This document shows positions 53,592-64,000 of a DNA stretch of 64,000 nt, one piece after another (position 1 is the stretch's first letter; the number at the start of each line of letters is the position of its first letter). Source of the DNA: Owenia fusiformis (Eukaryota); assembly GCA_903813345.2 (NCBI GenBank), contig CAIIXF020000001.1, forward strand, positions 15,934,001 to 15,998,000, given 5' to 3'. The notes beneath the pieces are model-generated. The model made no database searches. It was not told the DNA's origin and saw only the letters and a program-made list of their open reading frames with translations. Made by a program: the position numbers and the translations under genes.

Positions 53592-53890
53592 TTCTTATGC
53601 CGGGCATAAGAGTAGATCTGTTCTTATGCCGGGCATAAGAGTAGATCTGTTCTTATGCTGGGCATAAGAGTAGATCTGTTCTTATGCCGGGCATAAGAGA
53701 AGATCTGTTCTTATGCCGGGCATAAGAGAAGATCTGTTCTTATGCCCGGCATAAGAGAAGATCTGTTCTTATGCCCGGCATAAGAGCAGATCTGTTCTTA
53801 TGCCCGGCATAAGAGCAGATCTGTTCTTATGCCCGGCATAAGAGTAGATCTGTTCTTTTGTCGGCATAAATAGAAGATCTGTCCTTATGC
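53592..53890. repeat. 29-bp palindromic minisatellite, about 10 copies
   Basis: Unit TTCTTATGCC(G/C)GGCATAAGAG(T/A/C)AGATCTG at 53592, 53621, 53650 ... 53824, then degenerate; no spacers. Confidence 0.95.
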
Positions 53891-55083
53891 TAAATGCAAA
53901 AGACAATGAGAGTAGATTTGTTCACTTCAAGTATACGCAGCCACAAATTTGTTACAAATATCATCATAACAGGAACGAAAATAGAGGGAAAATTATGTCA
54001 ATTTTTTACCAGTATTGTTCATTACTTCAATGCTCTGATAGATTTTGTACACCAGCACAGCAGTAAATAATAACAAAGAAACATTGTATTTATTTATAAT
54101 AGTTCATGTTATATTCAAATAATACTTTATGTATTTAATTTTATTAATATATTACTGTAATACTAACTGCTGAAGTTATTTTATTTGGTGTTTGAATTTT
54201 TTGTCAAGGTGGTTTTGACTTGAATCCCAATAGTCTAGTATTATTTACTGTATTATAGGGAGTTTCAATTGTCATTTCAATACTCTGATGTAGTAGCCAT
54301 CCTTAGCTCATAGTCATATGAATCATGAAGGATTTTAGGGTTTGGCTTTTTCATGTAAAATCCCTTACTAGGGATTTTCGCTATGACAAATTGATTGGAT
54401 AAGATGGAGTTATAGTCTTGTATCACAATGTATAAAGTTTCATTTGACTGATTACAGTTGTGTTAACATTCATAATCATAGTCAACAGTGTTTGTTGCGT
54501 CACTGATTTTTATTCTTCATCTGCTGTTACTGTTTCTTTGCCATTTAGAGCATAGTCACAGTTACTTGGGTTTCTTGATATCAGCATTGAATAATAAGGC
54601 TCTGATTCCATTACTGCATCATTTTGTCACAAATAGCCGAGAGGATAATCACTTCATGGACATTGTGAGATTTGAAGATGAGACGCTTCTGGGGTACATT
54701 GTATTTTCATATATTCATTATCTTGGCTGGGTCTTCTAATTCACACATGTATTTTTATCAGGAACTTTGCAGGGCAAGTTAATTTAGCCTGGTTAAATAA
54801 GTCAACACAGTCAATGTTTGCTGTTCTTCTTAGCCACATTCACAATAGGCCTAGCTGATGGCGGAGTTCCAATGTCATTTTAGTTGATTGTGTGGTAATG
54901 TCATGATTTGTACAGGTACTTGCACAACAGGGAACATCTTCAGCAAACACTGAAAAATAAGAAAAGTTCATTATATTGACATAATCACTCAAACCATACA
55001 TTTACTCTTAAGGCATTCTCAAAAATGTGTGATGTCAGATAATAAAAGTGATATTCACTCAGGTGGCAAAATTGTAATAATAA

Positions 55084-58000
55084 CTAGATTTGTGAAATTG
55101 AACAAGTTCAATTTAAGACTCCAGATTTATTTGACCTAGATAGATCAGTAAAGAGCTGAGTAAGTAACTGAGTAATTAGCTGAGTAAGTACCTTAGTAGT
55201 AGTTGAGTAAGTAGCTGAGTAAGTAACTGAGTAAAAAGCTGAGTAGGTAGCTGAGTAAGTACCTGAGTTAGTAGCTGAGTAAGTTGCTAAGGAAGTAATA
55301 ACTAATTAAGTAATTGAGTAAGTGGTCAAATAAGTAGCTGAGTAGGTAGAGAGGTAAAGTAGGGTATGCAGGAATTTTTGAAAGTATATTTGATCAATCT
55401 GCATCGTGAATACTGGCAAGTGCGAATTTCAAACTTCAAAATGGTGTAGAATCTAAACGGGGGGTCGGATTGCAATTTTAATTTCAGATCCAGATTCCTG
55501 AGGAAATTCTACCCCTAATTCATAACTCATACTTTAAAATTGGAGAACTTTTTATTTTGACCTACATTTCGGACACCATATCTCAAAAGTAGGTCAAAAA
55601 ACTTATTGACGGCAAAATGTTAACATTATTAGCACACTCTTTGCTACAAGTTTACAAAATTTCGGAGAATATCATTGAAGTGTAGTGTCAGAGTCGCAAA
55701 ATAAAAAAAACTATGAATTTGACCTAGATTTTGAACTAGGTATTTTGGTGTCCTAACTTTGAAGGAAAGTAGCTTTTGAGGTCCCCTTCTTCTATGGGCT
55801 TTCATTATGTTTAGCTGTACTCATTCTATATCTCGTATTTTTATACTTCAAAAAATTATTCGGTCCCATTGATTTAACATGGGGCACCAAATTTAGCGAT
55901 TTTTGAGATTTCAAAACGCCATAACTTCAAAACAAGTAGTCGGATCGAGATTTGGTTTGCAGATCTGGATTTCTGAGAAAATTCTACCTCTAATTCATAA
56001 CTCATACGTTAAATTTGGAAAACTTTTAACTTTGGCCTACTTTTCGGACACCATATCTCAAAAGTTGGTCAAAATACTTTCTGACGGCAAAACGCTAACA
56101 CTATTAGCATACTCTTTGCTACCTGTATACAAAATTTTAAAGCAAATCATTTAAATATAGTGTCAGAATCGCAAAAATAAGGGAAAACTATAAATTTGAC
56201 CTAGATTTTGACCTAGGCATTTTGGTGTCCAAATTCTGGAGCTAAGTAGCCTTCGAGGTCCCCTTCTTTAATAGGCTTTCATTATATTAAGCTGTACTCA
56301 GTCAATATCTCGTATTTTACACTTCAAAAAAATCTTTTTTCCCATTGACATAACATGGGGCAGCAAATTTAGCGATTTTTGAGCTTTCAAAACACCAGAA
56401 CTTCCGAACAGGAGGTCAAATCAAAATTTGATTTGCAGATTCGGATTCCTGATAAAATTCTACCCCTTATTCATAACTCATACGTTACATTTGAAGATTT
56501 TTTTTATTTTGACCTAGTTTTGGGACACCATATCTCAAAAGTGGGTCAAAATACTTCCTGACGGCAAAAGGCTAACACTATTAGCACACTCTTGGCTACA
56601 TGTATACACAATTTCGAAGAATATAATTAAAGTGTAGTGTCAGAATCGCAAAAATAAGGAAAAGCTTTGAATTTGACCTAGATTTTGACCTAGGCATTTT
56701 GTTGTCCAAATTTTCAAAATTAGAAGGTTTTGAGGTCCCCTTCTTTTATGGGCTTCCATTATGTTTAGCTGTACTTAGTCTATATCTCGTATTTTACACT
56801 TCAAAAAAATATTTTTTCCTATTGACATAACATGGGGCACCAAATTTAGCGATTTTTGAGCTTTCAAAACACCATAACTTCCAAACCGGAAGTCGGATCG
56901 AAATTTGGTTTGCAGATTCGGATTCCTGAGAAAATTCTATACTTAATTCATAACTCAAACGTCAAATTTTGAGACTTTTTTATTTTGACCTACTTTTCGG
57001 ACACCATATCTCAAAAATGGGGCAAAATACTTTCTGACGGCAAAAGGCTAACACTATTAGCAGACTCTTAGCTACATGTATACAAAATTTCGAAGAATAT
57101 AATTAATCTGTTGTGACAGAATCGCAAAAATAAGGAAAAACTTTGAATTTGACCTAGATTTTGACCTAGGCATTTTGGTGTCCAAATTTTGAAGCTAGAT
57201 GGCTAATGAGGTCCCCTTCTTTTAAAAGCTTTCATTATATTTAGCTGAACTCAGTCTATATTTCGTATTTTTCACTTCAAAAAAATCTTTTTCCCATTGA
57301 CTTAACATGGGCACCAAATTTAGCGATTTTTGAGCTTTCAAAACGCCATAACTTCCGAACGGGAAGTCGGATCAAAATTTGGTTTGCAGATTCGGATTCC
57401 TGAGAAAATTCTACCCTTATTTCATAGCTCATATGTTAAATTTGGAGAACTTTTTGGTTTTGACCTACTTTCAGGACGCCATATCTCAAAATCGCTAAGA
57501 GTAATCAAAAAACGGATGGCACACTCTCGATTTGTTTTTTTCTAAGCTACATGATGAAAAAAACATGAAGTAGTTACGACAAACAACAACGAAGATAATT
57601 GACAGAATGTTGATTTGACCTTGATTTGACCTAGGTCTTGACCCTTGACCTAGATAAAAATTTGACCTAATTTCCCATCATCCCAGGAACTGCCCCTAGT
57701 TGATCATGTAAGCAGCTTAAAGTAAATTCTTTTAGTTGGTGAGAAATCTGGGAAGGAGGAAGATTCTGAAAGAATAATAATAACTAGATTGGTAAATTGA
57801 ACAAAGTTCAATTTAAGACTCCAGATTGATTTACTTGAGTAAAGAGCTGAGTAAGTAACTGTGTAGGAAGCTGAGTAAGTAGATGATTAAGTAATTGAGT
57901 AAATAGCTGAGTAGGTAGCTGAGTAAGCAGCTGAGCAGGTAGCTGAGTAAGTAGCTGAGTAAGTAGCTGAGTTGGTAGCTGAGTAAGTAGCTGAGTAAGT

Positions 58001-61000
58001 AGCTGAGTTGGTAGCTGAGTAGGTAGCCGAGTAGGTAAGTAGGTAGGTAAGTAGGAATTTTTGACCGGAAGTCGGATTGAAATTTGGTTTGCAGATTCAG
58101 ATTCCTGAGAAAATTCTACCCTTAATTCATAACTCATAAGTTAAATTATGAGAACTTTTTATTTTGACCTACTTTACGGACACCATATCTCAAAAGTGGG
58201 TCAAAATACTTTCTGACGGCAAAAGGCTCTCACTATTAGCACACTCTTTGCTACCAGTATACAAAATTTAGAAGCAAATCCTAAAAGTGTAGTGCCAGAA
58301 TCGCAAAAATAAGGAAATACTATGAATTTGACAGATTTTGACCTAGGCATTTTGGTGTCCAAATATTGAAACTAGGTAGCTTTTGAGGTCCCCTTCTTTT
58401 ATAGGAATTCATTATCTTAAGCTGTACTCAATCTATATCTCGTATTTTACACTTCAAAAAAAATCTTTTTTCCTTGACTTTCTATCAGGATACCATCAGA
58501 TCGATTTTCCGAAATTTCAAAACGCCATAACTTCTGAATGGGAAGTCGGATCGAAATTTTATTTAAAGATTCGGATTCCTGACAAAATTCTACCCCTAAT
58601 TCATAACTCATACGATAAATTTGGCGAATTTTTATTTTGACCTACTTTTCGGACACGCCATAACTTTGGAACCGGAAGTCGGATCGAAATTTGGTTTGCA
58701 GATTCGGATTCCTGAGAAAATTCTACTCTTAATGCATAACTCATATGTTAAATTTGGAGAATTTTTTATTTTGACCTACTTTTCGGACACCATATCTCAA
58801 AAGTGGGTCAAAATACACTCTGACGGCAAAAGGCTAACACTATAAGCACACTCTTTGCTACCTGTATACAAAATTTTGAAGCAAATCCTAAAAGTGTAGT
58901 GCCAGAATCGCAAAAATAAGGAAAAACTATGAATTTGTCCTAGATTTTGACCTAGGCATTTTGGTGTCCAAATATTGAAACTAAGTAGCTCTTGAGGTCC
59001 CCTTCTTTTATAGGAATTTATTATCTTAAGCTGTACTCAATCTATATCTCGTATTTTACACTTCAAAAAAATCTTTTTTCCTTGACTTTCTATCAGGATA
59101 ACACCAGATCGATTTTTCTCGAAATTTCAAAACGCCATAACTTTCAAACGGGAAGTCGGATTTAAATTTGATTTGAAGATTCGGATTCCTGACAAAATTC
59201 TACCCCTAATTCATAACTCATACGTTAAATTTGGCGAATTTTTATTTTGACCTACTTTTTGGACACGCCACAACTTCGGAACCGGAAGTCGGATCGAAAT
59301 TTGGTTTGCAGATTCGGATTTCTGAGAAAATTCTACTCTTAATTCATAACTCAAACATTAAATTTGGAGAAATTTTTATTTTGACCTACTTTTCGGACAC
59401 CATATCTCAAAAGTGGGTCAAAATACTTTCTGACGGCAAAAGGCTAACGCTATTAGCACACTCTTGGCTACATGTATACACAATTTCGAAGAATATAATT
59501 AAAGTGTAGTGTCAGAATTGAAAAAATAAGGAAAACCTATGAATTTGACCTAGATTTTGACCTAGGCATTTTGGTGTCCAAATTTTGAAGCTAGATGGCT
59601 TTTGAGGTCCCCTTCTTTTAATGGCTTTGATAATGTGAAGCTGAACTCAGTCTATATTCCGTATTTTTCACTTCAAAAAAATCTTTTTTCCCATTGACTT
59701 AACATGGGCACCAAATTTAGCGATTTTTGAGTTTTCAAAACGCCATAACTTCCGAATCGGAAGTCGGATCGAAATTTGGTTTGCAGATTCAGATTCCTGA
59801 GAAAATTCTACACTTATTTCATAGCTCATATAATAAATTTGGTTAACTTTTTAGTTTGACCTACTTTCCGGACGCCATATCTCAAAATTGGTAAGAGTAA
59901 TCAAAAAACAGATGGCACACTCTCGATTTGTTTTTCTCTAAGCTACACAATGAGATGTACATCCAGGTGTTTCGATAAATAATGAAGAAGATAATTGACA
60001 GAATGTTAAAAATGTAAGATTTGACCTAGTTCTTAACCTTTGACCTAGATAAAAAGTTGACCTAATTTCCCAGAAACTAGGTCGATGGGCAATGTTAGCC
60101 ATGTAAGTAGGTTAAAGTAAACTCTTCTAGTTGCTGAGAAAACGTGTACGGAAAGAAAGAAAGAATAACTAGACATGTAAATTGAACAAGTTCAATTTAA
60201 GACTCCAGATTGATTTACTTGAGTAAAGAGCTGAGTAAGTAACTGAGTAGGAAGCTGAGTACGTAGATGATTAAGTAATTGAGTAAGTAACTGAGTAGGT
60301 AGCTGAGTAAGCAGCTGAGTAGGTAGCTGAGTAAGTAGCTGAGTAGGTAGCCAAGTAGCTGAGAAGTAGGTAGCTAAGTAGGTAGCCAAGTAGGTATGTA
60401 GGTAGGTAGGTAAGTAGGAATTTTTGACCGGAAGTCGGATAGAAATTTGGTTTGCAGATTCGGATTCCTGGGAAAATTTTACCTTTAATTCATAACTCAT
60501 AAGGGATATTTTGAGAATTTTTTATTTTGACCTATTTTTACGGACACCATATCTCAAAAGTGGGTCAAAATACTTTGTGACGGCAAAAGGCTAACACTAT
60601 AAGCACACTCTTTGCTACCTGTATACAAAATTTCGAAGTAAATCATTAAAGTGTAATGTCAGAATCGCAAAAATAAGGAAAAACTATGAATTTGACCTAG
60701 ATTTTGACCTAGGCATTTTGGTGTCCAAATTTTAAAGCTAGATCGGCTTCGGGGTCCCCTTCTTTCATAGGCTTTCAGAATGTTAAGCTGTATTCAGTCT
60801 ATATCTTGTATTTTACACTTCAAAAAAATCTTTTTTCTCATTGACATAACATGGGGCACCAAATTTAGCGATTTTCGAGCCATTACTTTGGAACCGATAG
60901 TCGGATTGAAATTTGGTTTGCAGATTCGGATTCCTGAGAAAATTCTAGCCCTTATTCATAACTCATACGTTAAATTTGGCGAATTTTTATTTTGACCTAC

Positions 61001-64000
61001 TTTTCGGACACGCCATAACTTTAGAATCGGAAGTCGGATCGAAATTTGGTTTGCAGATTCGGATTCCTGAGAAAATTCCACTCTTAATTCATAACTCATA
61101 TGTTAAATTTGGAGAACTTTTTATTTTGACCTACTTTTCGGACACCATATCTCAAAAGTGGGTCAAAATACTCTCTGACGGCAAAAGGCTTACACTATTA
61201 GCACACTCTTTGCTACCTGTATATAAAATTTTGAAGAAAATTATTAAAGTGTAGTGTCAGAATCATAAAAATAAGGAAAAACTATGAATTTGACCTAGAT
61301 TTTGACCTAGGCATTTTTGTGTCCAAATTTTGAAGCTATGTAGCTTTTGAGGTCCCCTTCTTTTACAAAAGTTCATTATGTTGAGCTGTACCCAGTCTAT
61401 ATCTTGTACTTTACACTTCGAAAAAGTCGTTTTTCCCATTGACTTAACATGGGGCACCAAATTTAGCGATTTTTGAGATTTCAAAACGCCATAACATCCG
61501 AACCGGCAGTCGGATCGAAATTTGATTTGCAGATTCAGATTCCTCAGAAAATTCTACCCTTAATTCATAGCTCATACGTTAAATTTGGAGAACTTTTTAT
61601 TTTGACCTACTTTTCGGACACCATATCTCAAAAGTGGGTCAAAATACTTTCTGACGGCAAAAGGCTAACACTATTAGCACACTCTTTGCTACCTGTATAC
61701 AAAATTTTGAAGTAAATTATTAAAGTGTAGTGTCAGAATCGTTAAAATAAGGAAAAACTATGAATTTGACCTAGATTTTGACCTAGGCATTTTGGTGTCC
61801 AAATTTTGAAGCTATGTAGCTTTTGAGGTTCCCTTCTTTTGTAAGCATTCATTATATTAAGCTGTACTCAGTCTATATCTTGTATTTTACACTTCGAAAA
61901 AGTCTTTTTTCCCATTGACTTAACATAGGCACCAAATTTAGCGATTTTTGAGCTTTCAAAACGCCATAACTTCCGAACCGAAAGTCGGATCGGAATTTGG
62001 TTTGCAGATTCGGATTCCTGAGAAAATTCTACTCTTAATTCATAACTCATACGTTAAATTTGGAGAACTTTTTATTTTGACCTACTTTTCGGACACCATA
62101 TCTCAAAAGTGGGTCAAAATACTTTCTGACGGCAAATGGCTAACACTATTAGCACACTCTTTGCTATCTGTATACAAAATTTTGAAGCAAATTATTAAAG
62201 TGTAGTGTCAGAATCGTAAAAATAAGGAAAACTATAAATTTGACCTAGATTTTGACCTTTGACCTAGATAAAAATTTTACCTAATTTCCCAGAAACTAGA
62301 TCTCATCTCCTTACTGACCCTGTAAGTAGATTTGAGTAAAGTCTTCTAGTTGCTGAGAAAACTGGTTCGGAAAGAATAATAATAACTAGATTTGTGAAAT
62401 TGAACAAGTTCAATTTAAGACTCCAGATTTATTTGACCTACATAGATCAGTAAAGAGCTGAGTAAGTAACTGAGTACTTAGCTGAGTAAGTACCTTAGTA
62501 GTAGTTGAGTAAGTAGCTGAGTAAGTAACTGAGTAAAAAGCTGAGTAGGTAGCTGAGTAAGTAGCTGAGTAAGTACCTGAGTTAGTAGCTGAGTAAGTTG
62601 CTAAGTAATAACTAATTAAGTAATTGAGTAAGTAGTCAAATAAGTAGCTATGTAGGTAGAGAGGTAAAGTAGGGTATGCAGGAATTTTTGAAAGTATATT
62701 TGATCAATCTGCATCGTGAATACTGGCAAGTGCGAATTTCAAACTTCAAAATGGCGTAGAATCTAAACCGGGGGTCGGATTGCAATTTTAATTTCAGATC
62801 CGGATTCCTGAGGAAATTCTACCCCTAATTCATAACTCATACTTTAAAAATTGGAGATTTTTTTATTTTGACCTACATTTCGGACACCATATCTCAAAAG
62901 TGGGTCAAAAAACTTATTGACGGCAAAATGTTACATTATAAGCACACTCTTTGCTACGAGGTTACAAAATTTTGGAGAATATCATTGAAGTGTAGTGTCA
63001 GAATCGCAAAATAAAAAAAAACTATGAATTTGACCTAGATTTTGAACTAGGTATTTTGGTGTCCAAACTTTGAAGGAAAGTAGCTTTTGAGGTCCCCTTC
63101 TTCTATGGGCTTTCATTATGTTTAGCTGTACTCATTCTTTATCTCGTATTTTTACACTTCAAAAAATTATTCGGTCCCATTGATTTAACATGGGGCACCA
63201 AATTTAGCGATTTTTGAGATCTCAAAACGTCATAACTTCAGAACAAGTAGTCGGATCGAAATTTGGTTTGCAGATCTAGATTTGTGAGAAAAGTCTACCC
63301 TTAATTAATAACTCATACGTTAAATTTGGAAAACTTTTTACTTTGGCCTACTTTTTGGACACCATATCTCAAAAGTGGGTCAAAATACTTTCGGACGGCA
63401 AAACGCTAACAATATTATCATACTCTTTGCTACCTGTATACAAAATTTTAAAGCAAATCATTTAAATATAGTGTCAGAATCGCAAAAATAAGGGAAAACT
63501 ATAAATTTGACCTAGATTTTGACCTAGGCATTTTGGTGTCCAGATTTTGGAGCTAAGTAGCCTTCGAGGTCCCCTTCTTTAATAGGCTTTCATTATATTA
63601 AGCTGTACTCAGTCTATATCTTGTATTTTACACTTCAAAAAAATCTTTTTTCCCATTGCCATAACATGGGGCACCAAATTTAGCGATTTTTGAGCTATCA
63701 AAACGACATAAATTCCAAACCAAAAGTCGGATTGAAATTTGGTTTGCAGATTTGGATTCCTGAGAAAATTCTACCCTTAATTCATAACTCATACGTTAAA
63801 TTTGGAGAACTTTTAAGTTTGACCTACTTTTCGGACACCATATCTCAAAAGTGGGTCAAAATACTTTCTGACGGCAAAAGGCTAACACTATTAGCACACT
63901 ATTGGCTACATGTCTACAAATTTTCGAAGAATATAATTAATCTGTAGTGTCAGAATCGCAAAAATAAGGAAAAACTATGAATTTGACCTAGATTTTGACC
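55084..64000 (-). repeat. Head-to-tail array of non-autonomous Helitron/Helentron-like units carrying a ~476-bp satellite and a 12-bp minisatellite
   Basis: Unit boundaries at CTAG 55084, 57784, 60169 and 62386. Each CTAG is followed by the hairpin AAATTGAAC-AA(A)-GTTCAATTT, then a (GCTGAGTAAGTA)n tract, then 3-5 copies of a ~476-bp monomer (marker GGACACCATATCTCAAAAGTGGGTCAAAATAC). The array runs off the window end. Confidence 0.85.

Noticed and set aside
53592-53890. CRISPR array (29-bp palindromic direct repeats)
   Set aside because: The repeats are contiguous with no unique spacers, no cas genes are present, and the context is eukaryotic; it is a minisatellite.
54480-54950. Exon-like minus-strand segment with an acceptor at ~54950 and a CPAKF-like peptide
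   Set aside because: All three frames stop within about 40 codons. It may be a decayed transposon gene, but I cannot identify it without tBLASTx.
55903-63947. Family of repeated 60-109 aa ORFs (FQNAITSE..., LLTQLPTQ...)
   Set aside because: They are translations of the ~476-bp satellite and 12-bp minisatellite. Copies differ by frameshifts and stops, most start at TTG, and there is no splice structure.

Overview
AT-rich, intron-containing animal genomic DNA; the repeat types and the GH5 mannanase suggest a marine invertebrate such as an annelid or mollusc (inference). Three spliced genes were reconstructed by hand with consistent splice phases. (1) A 9-exon SLC49A4/DIRC2-like MFS transporter on the minus strand (12024-7282). 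(2) A head-to-head, 4-exon secreted GH5 endo-beta-1,4-mannanase on the plus strand (13079-15133). (3) A PLEKHG5-like DH-PH RhoGEF on the minus strand (core exons 36822-27554), preceded by at least seven candidate alternative first exons spread to about 52.8 kb. Intergenic and intronic DNA is dense with non-autonomous DNA transposons: Tc1/mariner and pogo-type MITEs, a decayed DD37D-like element, PIF/Harbinger-like MITEs and Helentron-type short elements. It also holds a 2.1-kb element with CACGGTG termini and a 5-bp TSD (Transib/RAG-type ends). The last 9 kb is a head-to-tail array of Helitron-like units carrying a ~476-bp satellite and a 12-bp minisatellite, apparently with a 7.3-kb higher-order period. 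No prokaryotic system and no CRISPR array is present. All calls come from manual reading; no database searches were run.
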